Positions 42,326-53,383 of a stretch of 64,000 nucleotides of DNA are shown in pieces. The stretch's first letter is position 1; each line of letters opens with the position of its first letter. The position numbers and the translations under genes are program-made. This stretch comes from Bacillota bacterium (GTDB taxonomy: Bacteria; Bacillota; Ch66; Ch109): contig JBMNLH010000005.1 in the NCBI GenBank assembly GCA_050952625.1, forward strand, positions 74,636 through 138,635, given 5' to 3'. Below the pieces are notes generated by a model that saw only the letters and a program-made list of their open reading frames with translations, did no database searches and was not told the DNA's origin.

Positions 42326-42462
42326 TTGGCATCCTAGTTTACCGTTGACCGGTCTCAGCCAGGCCGGTACAATCAAGAAGAGATTTCGATTAATTCTACC
42401 TTTAATAATTTTCACCATTCATGTTTCTCCATTCATGTTTTATCTAGGGAGCAGGTGAGTTA

Positions 42463-44691
42463 ATGGGCAAACCGGCTGATGGTGTCTTTAAATTGAAAGC
42501 TGACTATTCACCGCAGGGAGATCAGCCTAAGGCAATTGCCGCCTTGACCGAGGGAGTCCGACAGGGAATGCGGCATCAGACCCTGCTGGGAGTGACCGGT
42601 TCCGGCAAGACTTTTACGATGGCGCAGGTGATTCAGCAGGTCCAGAGACCGACCTTGGTCATTGCCCATAACAAAACCTTAGCGGCCCAGCTCTGTGCGG
42701 AGTTTAAAGAGTTCTTTCCGGATAATGCGGTGGAGTACTTTGTCAGCTATTACGATTATTATCAACCAGAGGCTTATGTGCCGCAATCAGATACCTACAT
42801 TGAGAAGGATTCCTCGATTAATGACGAGATTGATAAGCTGCGGCACTCAGCTACTGCGGCCTTGCTGGAACGCCGGGACGTGATTATTGTGGCCAGCGTC
42901 TCCTGCATCTATGGTCTAGGCTCGCCGGAGGACTACCACCTGATGATGGTTTCCCTGCGGGAGGGCATGACCTGTGATCGGGATGAGGTGCTGCGCCGAC
43001 TGGTCGATATTCAATATAACCGTAATGACGTGAATTTTACCCGGGGGACGTTTCGGGTGCGCGGCGATGTGGTAGAAATATTCCCGGTCTCTTTTACGGA
43101 AAAAGCGATCCGCGTCGAGTTCTTCGGGGATGAGATTGAACGAATCATGGAGATTGACACCTTGACCGGAGAAATTCTTGGTCTCCGGCGCCACGTGGCG
43201 ATTTTTCCGGCCAGTCACTATGTAACCACCCCGGAAAAGCTGGAGGCGGCCTGGCGGGGGATTGAGGAAGAACTGGAAGTCCAATTGGCCCAGTTAAAAG
43301 CTAAGGACAAGCTGTTGGAGGTGCAGCGTCTGGAGCAGCGGACCCGGCACGATCTGGAGATGCTGCGGGAGATTGGTTTCTGTACTGGAATTGAAAACTA
43401 CTCCCGGCATTTGACCGGCCGCCAGCCTGGGGAGGCCCCGTTTACCCTGCTGGACTTTTTCCCCAAGGATTTCTTGGTCTTTGTAGATGAATCTCATATG
43501 ACGATTCCCCAGATCCGGGGGATGTATGAAGGGGACTTTTCCCGCAAGACAACCCTGGTGGACTACGGATTCCGCCTGCCTTCGGCGATTGATAACCGTC
43601 CCCTGCGGTTTCCCGAGTTTGAAGCCCGGGTCAACCAGGCGATCTATGTCAGTGCTACCCCCGGTCCTTACGAACTGGAACACAGCCAGCAGGTCGTGGA
43701 ACAGGTGATTCGGCCAACTGGTCTGGTGGACCCAGAGGTGGAGGTGCGCCCGGTCAAGGGCCAGATTGATGATCTGCTGGAAGAGATTCGGCTGCGGGTG
43801 GCACGGCAGGAGCGCGTCCTGGTGACTACGTTGACTAAAAAAATGGCGGAGGATCTAACGACGTATCTGCAAGAATTGGGGATTAAGGTACGTTACCTCC
43901 ATTCCGATATCGATACGCTGGAACGGATGATTATCCTGCGGGATTTGCGGTTAGGCGTTTTTGACGTGTTGGTTGGGATTAACCTGTTGCGGGAGGGGCT
44001 GGACCTGCCCGAGGTTTCACTGGTGGCCATTCTGGATGCGGATAAAGAGGGTTTCCTGCGCTCCGAAAGATCCTTGATTCAGACGATCGGCCGGGCGGCT
44101 CGAAACGTGGAGGGCCGGGTTTTGATGTACGCGGATAAGGTCACGGCTTCCATGCAGAAAGCCATTGATGAGACTAACCGGCGCCGGCAGTTGCAGATGG
44201 ATTATAATGAGCGGCATGGGATTACCCCGGCCACGGTCACCAAGGCCGTACGGGAGGTGCTGGAAATAACCCGAGCCGCGGAGTCGATTCAGCCCGAGAC
44301 CGCTCTCGATCGAGTAGCGGAAGGCACGGCCGGTTATCTGACACGACAACAAATAATAGAGCTGCCGCCCGGTGAACGGCGTCAGTTCATCGCTGATTTA
44401 GAGCGGGATATGCAGGAGGCAGCCCGGCGCTTGGAGTTTGAGCGGGCGGCGGAGATGCGCGATTTGCTCATTGAATTGAAAGGGATCTGGGGGATGGGGA
44501 CTGCTCGGCCTTCAGACAAGCCCGAAAAAGCAGCAGTTATTAAGTCAGGCCGGCGGGCTGGTAAAAGTACTGGTCAAAAGAGTAATGGTCAAAAAATTAC
44601 CGGTCAAAAAAGCACCGGCAAAAGAGGCGTTGGCTCCAAAGGGGCTGGTACAAGAGACTCCAATCAAAAACAAAAAAAGGCAAAGGTTTAG
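42463..44691 (+). CDS. uvrB: Excinuclease ABC subunit B with Lys/Gly-rich C-terminal tail
   Basis: [36 protein letters not shown] and FERAAEMRD. Confidence 0.97.
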   Translation: MGKPADGVFKLKADYSPQGDQPKAIAALTEGVRQGMRHQTLLGVTGSGKTFTMAQVIQQVQRPTLVIAHNKTLAAQLCAEFKEFFPDNAVEYFVSYYDYYQPEAYVPQSDTYIEKDSSINDEIDKLRHSATAALLERRDVIIVASVSCIYGLGSPEDYHLMMVSLREGMTCDRDEVLRRLVDIQYNRNDVNFTRGTFRVRGDVVEIFPVSFTEKAIRVEFFGDEIERIMEIDTLTGEILGLRRHVAIFPASHYVTTPEKLEAAWRGIEEELEVQLAQLKAKDKLLEVQRLEQRTRHDLEMLREIGFCTGIENYSRHLTGRQPGEAPFTLLDFFPKDFLVFVDESHMTIPQIRGMYEGDFSRKTTLVDYGFRLPSAIDNRPLRFPEFEARVNQAIYVSATPGPYELEHSQQVVEQVIRPTGLVDPEVEVRPVKGQIDDLLEEIRLRVARQERVLVTTLTKKMAEDLTTYLQELGIKVRYLHSDIDTLERMIILRDLRLGVFDVLVGINLLREGLDLPEVSLVAILDADKEGFLRSERSLIQTIGRAARNVEGRVLMYADKVTASMQKAIDETNRRRQLQMDYNERHGITPATVTKAVREVLEITRAAESIQPETALDRVAEGTAGYLTRQQIIELPPGERRQFIADLERDMQEAARRLEFERAAEMRDLLIELKGIWGMGTARPSDKPEKAAVIKSGRRAGKSTGQKSNGQKITGQKSTGKRGVGSKGAGTRDSNQKQKKAKV

Positions 44692-44699
44692 TTAGTCTA

Positions 44700-44806
44700 G
44701 ATAGAATAGCGGGAAAGGTTTGCCGGTGGGCCCGTAAACGCGTCCCGTGCTTGTTCGTGAAGTTGATGAATCAGGAATCCCGCGAATTTATCCGTGTGAG
44801 GTTCAA
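44700..44806 (+). mobile_element. Orphan IS200/IS605-type right end
   Basis: ...gaatcaggaatcccgcgaatttatccgtgtgaggTTCAA: subterminal hairpin plus the TTCAA terminus typical of IS605-group ends; no tnpB attached. Confidence 0.55.
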
Positions 44807-45160
44807 AAGAAGCGAGGCTGACGTTCGTTAACACACTGAGTAAGAAAATTATTCCAGGCTGTAACATTAATGTTACAGCCTTTTTACATAATCTCAGAAA
44901 GTATAAGTGGACTTTCTGATTATAAGTAAGTGCAGCTAATGCTTCTACCTGGGCCGAAGGCTTGGCGTAAGCCAAATTTTCTTTAACCCTTGTCTGCCAA
45001 GGAATGTAAAATCTATCTATAACTATAGGTATTATTATATTGGAAAATATTGCACAGCGTTATAAATTATGCTATATTTAAGAAACAGAACTTCCTTATA
45101 AATCTGGCTCATCTTAATACTGCTTAGTAGAAGGATACTCTGTAACAGGAAGGGAGATGG

Positions 45161-47482
45161 ATGATGTTTAAAACGCTAAAAGGGAAAATCATTTTCTATT
45201 CGGCCATGGCTTTATTAGCGATGCAGGTGATTTTAGTCTTTGTTCTGTTACACTTTCATAGTCATGAACTAGAGCTGATTAATAAAAGTGAGGAAGCAGC
45301 GAATGGCCATTTGGGCAATTTAATCAGCTTGACCATGGACTCATACCTTAAAGCAGCCCGGACTGGGGTGGAAAGTGTGGCGGCAAATCCAGAGGTAATC
45401 AGGGCCTTTGCGGATCGCGATCGAGAGCGGTTAATTCAGCTTTGCGGACCAATTTTTGATCAGGTCAAAGAGCAGGGAATTGACCAATTTGGCTTTCAGA
45501 CGGCTGATTATCAGTCCTTCCTGCGGCTGCACCAGCCGGATCAGTTTGGGGATGATCTCTCCTACCGACAGACTTTGGTTAAGGCCAGCCAGGAAAAGCA
45601 GTTAGTAACCGGGCTGGAAAAAGGCAAGGCCGGCTTTGGTTTTCGAGCGGTAGCCCCACTTTTTATGAATAATACCTATCTGGGGACGGTCGATTATGGG
45701 GCTGGTTTTGGCCAACAGTTTGCTAATGAGCTAAAGAATAAAACCGGTTATGAGGTATTTATTTATGAGACGACTGGAACCGGCCAGGGTAATTTGCTGG
45801 CTGGCACTAGTCCCCAAGATGAGTTGTCTCTCGATTCGGCAGAACTTTCCAGCAATCTGCAGTCAGGTCAGCTTTATTCACCCCAAATAGAAACCGGCCA
45901 GGCGATAGTTTATCCGTTCCGGGATTATTCTGGACAGGTCCAGGGCTACATTAAACTGTTCAACCGGGAAGCGGGAAGCACGAAGGTGTCGATGGCTGAG
46001 TTATATGAAGCCTTAACGTTTTCCGCGCTTACTTTGCTGCTGGGCCTGGTGGTGATCTATCTGGTCGTGTCTCGGAACTTACGCCCGCTGCGGGAGGTAG
46101 CCCAGACCATAAATATTATTAAAATGAAAGGGTTCCATCAAGAATTCACCGTGGCCGAGCAGAATGAAATTGGCGAGGCGATAACCGCCTTAAATCAATT
46201 AACGAATGCATTTAATGACTCTATTCGCTCGATGCAGGAACGAACTTTGGATACGGTTCAAGCCATGGAACGCTTGCGCGGAGAAATGGAGACAGCGGAA
46301 GGTGCGATTAAGGAGGTTGTCTCGACCAATGACGAATTTGGCCAACAATTCGGGATGGTGGTGGAAAATACGCAACAGGCCGTGCTGGCCATGAATGAAA
46401 TTGCCAAGGGAGCGGAAGAAATCGCCAATTCAGCTTTGCGCGCCTCGGAGAATAGCAGTGAAACCAACGATCAGGCGGAACAAACCAATATTAAGGTTCG
46501 CAGTGTGGAACAGATGATGCAAGAGATGACCCGGGCGGCTAAAGAAGCGGTCCAGAGTGTGGAGGAGATGCAGGGGTCTTCGGCTCAGATCGGAGAGATT
46601 TTGGATATTATTGTGGCGATTGCGGAGCAGACCAATCTCTTAGCCCTGAATGCGGCGATTGAGGCGGCTAGGGCTGGGGAGCAAGGGCGAGGTTTTGCGG
46701 TAGTTGCGGAGGAAATTCGAAAACTGGCCGAGGATACGAAAAAATCTACCCGCACGATTACTGCCTTGCTGGAGAATATTCGAACCAGTACTGCCGGGAC
46801 CGTGGCCTCCATCACGAATATTGATCAGGCTACAGCCCACAGCACTCAATTGATCGAAGAAATGTTAACTGATATTCAGATTATTACCCAGAAAGTGGCG
46901 GCGATTAATTCTCAGATTCAAAACGTGGCCGCCGCGACCGAAGAGCAGACCGCTGCCAGTGAGCAAGTCTCCGCGGCGATGACCGAAATTGGCGAGGTCA
47001 GCCAACGTACCCTAAATTCGCTAGATCGAGTTAAGGATCGGATTGCGGAACTGACCGAATTCATTGCCCATACCGGGCAAACTTTAACTGAAGCCCGCCG
47101 AGTCTCTTTACGGTGGAATTATTATGAAATGAGAGAGAATATTCGACAGCGGCAGCAGGAGCATGAGCAATGGGTGGCCAACCTGCGTCAATTTAAACCG
47201 GTTGAAGAGAACCCGACCCGGTGTAAGTTTGGGCAGTTTTACTACAGTTATGAACCGACGGTGCCTGAACTGCGGGAGGTATATCGTCGGTTCGAACAAC
47301 CGCACCGGCTGCTGCATGAGGGTGGGCACCAAGTGCTGCAACTTGTTCAGGCTGGCCGGGAGGCAGAGGCCAGGCAGGCTTTAGCGAAAGTCGAAGCCCA
47401 TTATCAAGAAATGAAGGTAGTGTTTGATGAGTTTTATCTGGTCATGGAGCGGTTGTTTGAAAAGGGGACGAATATGTTCTAG
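45161..47482 (+). CDS. Methyl-accepting chemotaxis protein (Cache, MA, C-terminal CZB zinc-binding domain)
   Basis: FLRLHQP..FGDDLS, an MA signalling hairpin, and H..WV...CKFGQFYY...H..LH. Confidence 0.92.
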   Translation: MMFKTLKGKIIFYSAMALLAMQVILVFVLLHFHSHELELINKSEEAANGHLGNLISLTMDSYLKAARTGVESVAANPEVIRAFADRDRERLIQLCGPIFDQVKEQGIDQFGFQTADYQSFLRLHQPDQFGDDLSYRQTLVKASQEKQLVTGLEKGKAGFGFRAVAPLFMNNTYLGTVDYGAGFGQQFANELKNKTGYEVFIYETTGTGQGNLLAGTSPQDELSLDSAELSSNLQSGQLYSPQIETGQAIVYPFRDYSGQVQGYIKLFNREAGSTKVSMAELYEALTFSALTLLLGLVVIYLVVSRNLRPLREVAQTINIIKMKGFHQEFTVAEQNEIGEAITALNQLTNAFNDSIRSMQERTLDTVQAMERLRGEMETAEGAIKEVVSTNDEFGQQFGMVVENTQQAVLAMNEIAKGAEEIANSALRASENSSETNDQAEQTNIKVRSVEQMMQEMTRAAKEAVQSVEEMQGSSAQIGEILDIIVAIAEQTNLLALNAAIEAARAGEQGRGFAVVAEEIRKLAEDTKKSTRTITALLENIRTSTAGTVASITNIDQATAHSTQLIEEMLTDIQIITQKVAAINSQIQNVAAATEEQTAASEQVSAAMTEIGEVSQRTLNSLDRVKDRIAELTEFIAHTGQTLTEARRVSLRWNYYEMRENIRQRQQEHEQWVANLRQFKPVEENPTRCKFGQFYYSYEPTVPELREVYRRFEQPHRLLHEGGHQVLQLVQAGREAEARQALAKVEAHYQEMKVVFDEFYLVMERLFEKGTNMF

Positions 47483-47497
47483 AATTGGGTGAATTAA

Positions 47498-48757
47498 TTG
47501 GAAATCAATCTGGTACCGTGGCTGATAAATTTAGCCCGTAGTCTCGATTTTTCCAGCCGGGGGTTAATGCGGCATCATCAACGGGTGTCCATAATGTCTT
47601 TAGGTCTGGGCCAAGCCGCCGGTCTGGGGCAGGACGCGCTTTTTGACCTGTTTAAGGCGGCGATTATCCATGATGCTGGCGCGGTCACCTGGCAAGAAAA
47701 ATTGGCCTTAGAAAATTTCGACACGGCCAATCCCTGGCCCCACTGTCGGCAGGGTTACCAATTGACGTCGGGAATACCGACCTTTGAGTCTGTGGCGGAG
47801 ACTATCCTGTCGCACCATGATCACTGGGTTGGGGGCAATCCTTCCGGGCTTAGCCGGAGTGAGATTCCGCTGTCTAGTCGCATTATTCATCTGGTCGACC
47901 GGGTCGATGTCTTGATCCGCGATGAGGTGTACATCCTTGAACAACGCCGGGAAATACTTCAACGGATTCGGAATTTGTCGGGCCAGATTTTTGACCCTGA
48001 CTTGGTCGACCTTTTTAGCGATTTAACCCGGAATGAGGGTTTCTGGCTGAACCTAGTTTCTCCCTGGACCTATAACAGTCTTTTGCAACTCGTGCCTTTT
48101 CGGTGGATCAGGGTAACAAGTGAAAGGCTCTTGGAACTGGCGGAGCTTTTTGCCCGGGTGGTTGACGCTAAAAGCCCTTTTACTTACCGACATTCGTGCG
48201 GGGTAGCCGCAACGGCGAAATTCTTAGCTCAGAAAGCCGGTTTGCCCCCAAAAGAGTGGGCGTTGCTGGAAGTAGCCGGGCTGTTGCATGATTTAGGTAA
48301 ACTGGCGGTACCGGAAGAGATTATCGAGAAGCCGGGGGCCTTAACTAGAACGGAGATGAATCTGGTTAAGCAGCACACTTACCATACATACTGGCTGCTT
48401 AAACCGATGCTGGCTAAATACCCCCTGGCCGAGTGGGCCGCTTTCCATCACGAAAGACTTGACGGCCGGGGTTATCCGTTTCGTAAAGTCAAGAATGAAT
48501 TGGATGTATCGAGCCGGATTATGGCGGTGGCGGACATCTATACTGCTTTGCGGGAGGATCGACCCTATCGCAAAGGGTTAACCTGGACCGAGCTTGAGGG
48601 GGTTATCAGGAAAAAGGTGCTAAGTGGGGCCCTGGATCCGGATTTGGCGGACCTGCTGTTTGAAAATCGGCGGGACCTGGATGAAAGCTGGGCCGAGTTG
48701 ACTTATGGTAAGCGCGCTGATCACCGCCCGCTTGCCGCTAAGATCAATTGGCCGTAA
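47498..48757 (+). CDS. Tandem HD / HD-GYP phosphodiesterase
   Basis: IHDAG...HHDHWVGGNP and LHDLGK...HHERLDGRGYP...RPYR. Confidence 0.9.
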   Translation: MEINLVPWLINLARSLDFSSRGLMRHHQRVSIMSLGLGQAAGLGQDALFDLFKAAIIHDAGAVTWQEKLALENFDTANPWPHCRQGYQLTSGIPTFESVAETILSHHDHWVGGNPSGLSRSEIPLSSRIIHLVDRVDVLIRDEVYILEQRREILQRIRNLSGQIFDPDLVDLFSDLTRNEGFWLNLVSPWTYNSLLQLVPFRWIRVTSERLLELAELFARVVDAKSPFTYRHSCGVAATAKFLAQKAGLPPKEWALLEVAGLLHDLGKLAVPEEIIEKPGALTRTEMNLVKQHTYHTYWLLKPMLAKYPLAEWAAFHHERLDGRGYPFRKVKNELDVSSRIMAVADIYTALREDRPYRKGLTWTELEGVIRKKVLSGALDPDLADLLFENRRDLDESWAELTYGKRADHRPLAAKINWP

Positions 48758-49039
48758 GTGGTTATTAGATAGTGAGTGGTTATTAGATAAGTTTTTATGA
48801 GTCCGAAGGTTTTGTGAGTCCGAAGGTTTTGTGAGTCCGAAAGGTTGGTTGATTCCTCTGCCGGAATCAGCCTGCTTTGTTTTTATTGAATTAATTTTAT
48901 TGAATTAGAATAAAAAGATTCCCGATGAAAACAAAAAGACTCCCGCATCTATAAGCGGGATTACCTTGGGCAAATTTCAGGTGGAATTAGAGTCTTCACC
49001 ACCTAGAAGGCATAATCAGCTATGGGCTAAAAAAGGACA

Positions 49040-49136
49040 TTGACGGCAAGTAACATGTTTAGATAAAATTCAAGAGGTAGACTCATTTTAGCCAGAGAAT
49101 AGTAATAAGAGACTGAATTTGTGATTAAATTTACAT
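49040..49136 (+). promoter_or_regulatory. SigA-like promoter and putative Rex operator for the hydrogenase operon
   Basis: TTGACG-N18-TAAAAT at 49040-49069. TTGTGA-TTAAAT-TTACAT at 49119-49136 resembles the Rex consensus TTGTGAA-N4-TTCACAA. Confidence 0.5.
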
Positions 49137-49281
49137 ATTAGTATACAAAGTAGATTAATTTTTGTCAACCTTTGTCTTGCCAATTACTGACCTGCGTTAT
49201 CATCCAGCGCGATCAGTTTTTCATGTTCTGATGGTGTTGCTTAACGGACATGAGTAATTTGGAGTAATTAATTTTCAGGAG

Positions 49282-51195
49282 GTGTATGTGGTGAAGGCAT
49301 TTCGTTTGCCTGCAACTGACTTGGCTGCGTTTATCGAACGGTTGGCCGGTCAGTATACGATCCTTGGGCCAGTGCCCCGAGGCCCAGGAGCCGTCTTTGG
49401 TGAAGTCAAGACTGCGGACCAGCTTAAGCTTGATTTTGGGCAGACATTCTATTCCCCGAAAAAGTATTTTCATCCCCCGGTGCAGACTCTGATTACTTTT
49501 CAAGACCGTCAAATAGTCGAAAAGGCCGGGGAAGCCGATGAATCGATCAATCCGCGAATTATTTTCGGGATACGTCCTTGTGACATGAACGCCTTAACCA
49601 ACCTGGACCAGGTTTTTGGCGAGGCCTATCCGGATCCTTACTACCAACGGCAAAGAAAAAATACGCTAATTGTGGCACTAAACTGCAATCAACCTTGTAA
49701 GAACGGTTTTTGCACTTCGTTTAATACCGGTCCGGCAGCCGAAAAAGGGTATGACCTGGCCTTAACTGACCTGGGAGACACCTATTTGGTAGAGGTGGGC
49801 AGTGAAGCCGGACAAGCCTTGGCAGCTGGCCTGACGCCGGCGACTGAGGCAGACCAAACCGCAGCAAAGCAAGTGATTGACTCCTGCCGGCAGAGCATGA
49901 CTCGGCGGATTGAGGTCGAAAACCTGGGTGATTTTATGCACCAACGGGTTGACCATCCGCACTGGCAGGAACTGAAAGAGAAGTGCTTGGCTTGCGGCAG
50001 TTGTACTAATGTTTGTCCCACTTGTTTTTGTTTTGCGGTGCAGGATCAGACTGATCTGACTCTCCAAAATGGAGTGCGGGAGCGGGTTTGGGATTCCTGC
50101 CAATACTATAAGTTTTCTCGGGTAGCCCTGGACCACGTTTTCCGGCCGGACCGAGCCGCCCGGATCAAACAGCGGTTGTTCCATAAATTTGCTTATTATG
50201 AGCAGCAGTTTGACGTGGTTGGTTGTGTCGGCTGCGGGCGTTGCGTGTCGACCTGTATCGTTAAGATTGATCCGGTCGAGGTCGTGGCGGCCCTGCAAGA
50301 GGGAGTGCCGGAGCAAAAGCCAGCGCAGCGTTTTCGGCCGACTCGCCGGGGTAGTTGTCCCAGTGAGAATCCCTATACCCCCTATCCAGCGGTTATTAAG
50401 GCGATTAAACAGCAGACCAAGGATACCGCGACCTATACTCTGGCCTTCACGGATGAGCAATTACGGCAAGAGTATAGTTTTGACCCGGGCACCTTTAATA
50501 TGGTCAGTGTGTTTGGCGTTGGCGAAGCCCCGATTTCGATCAGTTCCGGGGCTGACGAAAAAGACTGTTTTGAACATACCATTCGGGCGGTCGGCAATCT
50601 AACCAATTTCTTGACCACCCTGAAAGTAGGCGATACCGTTGGGATTCGCGGGCCTTATGGCTACGGCTGGCCAGTTGAAGAAATGAAAGGCAAGAACGTG
50701 CTGGTCGTGGCCGGCGGAATTGGGCTGGCACCCCTGCGACCGGTGCTCAAGCATATTATTAATCGTCGGCCGGAATACGGTAAGTTAGAAATCCTGTATG
50801 GGGCGCGAAACCCCCAAGAAATGCTGTTCACCGATGAGTTCAGCCAGTGGCGCACCTGGCCGGATACCAATCTGCTGTTGACGGTCGATTCTCCAGCCGG
50901 GACTGACTGGACCGAGAATGTCGGCGTGGTGACCACCCTCTTTAACCAGATGACGGTGGAGCCGGAGAATACCATTGTGGTAACCTGCGGCCCCGGGATC
51001 ATGATGAAGTTTGCGGTCCGCGATTTGCTTGCCCGCGGTTTTAAACCGGAGCAGATTTTTGTATCGCTGGAACGTCGGATGAGCTGCGGGATTAAAAAAT
51101 GCGGTAACTGCCAGATTGGCCCGCTGTTTGTTTGTCAGGATGGCCCGGTCTTCCGTTATTCAGAGGTTAAAGACCTGCCGGAAGATATTTTTTAG
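49282..51195 (+). CDS. Group 3b [NiFe] hydrogenase (sulfhydrogenase) fused beta (Fe-S) + gamma (FAD/NAD) subunit
   Basis: FGIRPCD, CLACGSCTNVCPTCFC and CVGCGRC, then GEAPISIS, RGPYG, AGGIGLAP and ERRMSCGIKKCGNC in one ORF. Confidence 0.9.
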   Translation: MYVVKAFRLPATDLAAFIERLAGQYTILGPVPRGPGAVFGEVKTADQLKLDFGQTFYSPKKYFHPPVQTLITFQDRQIVEKAGEADESINPRIIFGIRPCDMNALTNLDQVFGEAYPDPYYQRQRKNTLIVALNCNQPCKNGFCTSFNTGPAAEKGYDLALTDLGDTYLVEVGSEAGQALAAGLTPATEADQTAAKQVIDSCRQSMTRRIEVENLGDFMHQRVDHPHWQELKEKCLACGSCTNVCPTCFCFAVQDQTDLTLQNGVRERVWDSCQYYKFSRVALDHVFRPDRAARIKQRLFHKFAYYEQQFDVVGCVGCGRCVSTCIVKIDPVEVVAALQEGVPEQKPAQRFRPTRRGSCPSENPYTPYPAVIKAIKQQTKDTATYTLAFTDEQLRQEYSFDPGTFNMVSVFGVGEAPISISSGADEKDCFEHTIRAVGNLTNFLTTLKVGDTVGIRGPYGYGWPVEEMKGKNVLVVAGGIGLAPLRPVLKHIINRRPEYGKLEILYGARNPQEMLFTDEFSQWRTWPDTNLLLTVDSPAGTDWTENVGVVTTLFNQMTVEPENTIVVTCGPGIMMKFAVRDLLARGFKPEQIFVSLERRMSCGIKKCGNCQIGPLFVCQDGPVFRYSEVKDLPEDIF

Positions 51196-51210
51196 AGGGG
51201 AGGGTGTGAG

Positions 51211-51978
51211 ATGGCGAAACCGAAAATTGCGGTTTTCAAATTCAGCTCCTGTGCTGGCTGCCAGCTTTCGATCTTGAATCTTGAGGAGCATTTACTGGAT
51301 ATCGTAGGAGCCGTTGATTTAAGTTACTTTGTCATGGCCAAACGAGAAAATTTGGCCGGGCCATATGATATCGGTCTGGTGGAAGGGGCCGTAACTACCA
51401 CTCGCGAAGTGGAAGAGTTAAAGCAAATTCGGAAAGAGTGCCAGTTGCTGGTCGCTTTGGGTACTTGCGCTTGTTTCGGCGGGGTCCCTTCAATCAAGAA
51501 CTTTATCGGTACCCAGAAGGAAATAGAGGCGCGGGTCTACACCCACCTATGGGATATTAATTCTATTCCCGCCTATGGGATTGACTATTATGTGCCGGTT
51601 GATGCCTACCTGCGCGGTTGTGCGGTAGATCTCGGTGAATTGCTGGAACTGCTCCGTTGTGCTCTGCTGGGAGTCAGTCCCCGCTATATAACCCATGCCG
51701 TTTGCGGCGAGTGCAAGTTAAAAGAGAATGGCTGTCTGTTGTTAGGCAAAGGTCAGCCTTGTATGGGTTCAGTCACTGCCGGCGGCTGCGGGGCTCTGTG
51801 TCCCAGTCTCAATCGAGCCTGTGAGGGCTGCCGCGGTCCATCAGACGACTGCAATGCGGCCTCATTGGCCCGGGTTTTCCACGAACAACTGGGTCTGACC
51901 AAGGATGACGTGGTCCGGAAGTTCCGCAAGTATGCTGGTAATACACCGCAGTTTAGGAAGGGGGCGGAGGCACTGTGA
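51211..51978 (+). CDS. [NiFe] hydrogenase small (delta) subunit
   Basis: KFSSCAGCQ, VEGAV, GTCACFGG and VCGECK...CMG..T.GGCGALCP. Confidence 0.9.
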   Translation: MAKPKIAVFKFSSCAGCQLSILNLEEHLLDIVGAVDLSYFVMAKRENLAGPYDIGLVEGAVTTTREVEELKQIRKECQLLVALGTCACFGGVPSIKNFIGTQKEIEARVYTHLWDINSIPAYGIDYYVPVDAYLRGCAVDLGELLELLRCALLGVSPRYITHAVCGECKLKENGCLLLGKGQPCMGSVTAGGCGALCPSLNRACEGCRGPSDDCNAASLARVFHEQLGLTKDDVVRKFRKYAGNTPQFRKGAEAL

Positions 51979-53288
51979 GCGATCGCAAGATTTTTGTAGG
52001 GTATGTCGCTCGGGAAGAAGGCGATGGTGCCCTGGACCTGGTTATCTCGGCCGAGGGTAAGGTTAAGGAAGCCCGGTATAAAATCTGGGAGGCACCCCGA
52101 TTTTTTGAGTCTTTCCTGGTTGGCCGCAAATACGATGAGGTGCCGGAGTTGGTGCAGCGAATCTGCGGTATTTGCCCGCATCCGCACAATCTAGCCGCGG
52201 CCCAGGCAGTTGAGCGGGCGATGGGGATTGAGGTCAGTGAGCAGACTCGTCTGCTGCGTCGGCTGCTACTAGTCGGGGACTGGATCATGAGCCATTCCTT
52301 GCACGTCTTTTGCCTGGCCGCCCCGGACTATTTGGGTTATGAAAGTGTCATCAGCATGGCCGGGAATCCAGAACTGCTACCGGTGGTCCAAAAAGCCCTG
52401 CAGTTCAAGCGGTTGGGGAATGATATGAGCGTCCTCTTAACCGGACATGAGATTCAGAACCGCACCTCTGTGGTCGGCGGGTTTACAGCGGTGCCGGCTG
52501 GTGCGGATTTAAGGAAGATCCGGGAACGGCTGCTGGGAATTAAGGAATTTGCCCTGGAAGCGACGCAACTGACCAAGGATCTGTTCTCAGCTGCCCCTTA
52601 TCCGGAGTTGGTGCGGAAGTGCGAGCACGTGGCTCTTCATTCGCCTAAAGAATACGCGGTAGAGGCGGGACGGCTGGTCTCGACCGAGGGATTGGATATC
52701 TCGGATTGGGAATATCCGGAGTGGCTGATTGAAAGCCATGTCCCTGGCAGTAACGCCAAACACGCCATCATTCGGGGGCGGGATTCTTTCTTGGTTGGCC
52801 CGTTGGCTCGGGTAAACCTTAATTTTGATCAGTTGTCCGCTGATGCTCGGGCAGTAGCGGCTCAAGTCGGTTTTGTCGCTCCAAACTTTAACCCGTACAT
52901 GAGTATTGTGGCCCGGTGCATTGAACTGGTGCACGCGATTGATGAGGCGGTCCAGATCATTGATCAGTTGGGTAATCCCAAGTATGAAGAACCGAAATAC
53001 ACCATCCGGGCTGGGGAGGGGTATGCGGTAACCGAGGCTCCGCGTGGCATTTGCTGCCACGGTGGTCGGATTGATAAGGACGGGGTGGTTCAGCAGTGGG
53101 ATATCGTGGCCCCCACCGCGCGTAACGTCTACAACATTGAAAAAGACCTGAATGAGTTTGTCCCCAAGCTGCTGGATTTGTCAGATGAGGAACTAGCCTT
53201 GAAGTGCGAGATGCTGATCCGCAGCTATGACCCTTGTCTGTCCTGCTCAGTGCATTCGATCAAGGTCCGGGTGCATCGAGAGCAGTAA
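51975..53288 (+). CDS. [NiFe] hydrogenase large (alpha) subunit, group 3b
   Basis: L1 RICGICP, EAPRG and L2 DPCLSCSVH plus a cleavable C-terminal extension. Confidence 0.93.
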   Translation: MSDRKIFVGYVAREEGDGALDLVISAEGKVKEARYKIWEAPRFFESFLVGRKYDEVPELVQRICGICPHPHNLAAAQAVERAMGIEVSEQTRLLRRLLLVGDWIMSHSLHVFCLAAPDYLGYESVISMAGNPELLPVVQKALQFKRLGNDMSVLLTGHEIQNRTSVVGGFTAVPAGADLRKIRERLLGIKEFALEATQLTKDLFSAAPYPELVRKCEHVALHSPKEYAVEAGRLVSTEGLDISDWEYPEWLIESHVPGSNAKHAIIRGRDSFLVGPLARVNLNFDQLSADARAVAAQVGFVAPNFNPYMSIVARCIELVHAIDEAVQIIDQLGNPKYEEPKYTIRAGEGYAVTEAPRGICCHGGRIDKDGVVQQWDIVAPTARNVYNIEKDLNEFVPKLLDLSDEELALKCEMLIRSYDPCLSCSVHSIKVRVHREQ

Positions 53289-53383
53289 GAAGTGGTAAAT
53301 GCCTGCTCACTCTACGAACCGGTCGTCCGGGACGGTACAGCGGGAGCAGTAAGAAGGTTCGCTAATCGCTAATCTAGGTTATA

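Noticed and set aside
51975-53288. Selenocysteine ([NiFeSe]) hydrogenase
   Set aside because: The L2 motif is DPCLSC encoded by Cys codons, with no in-frame TGA.
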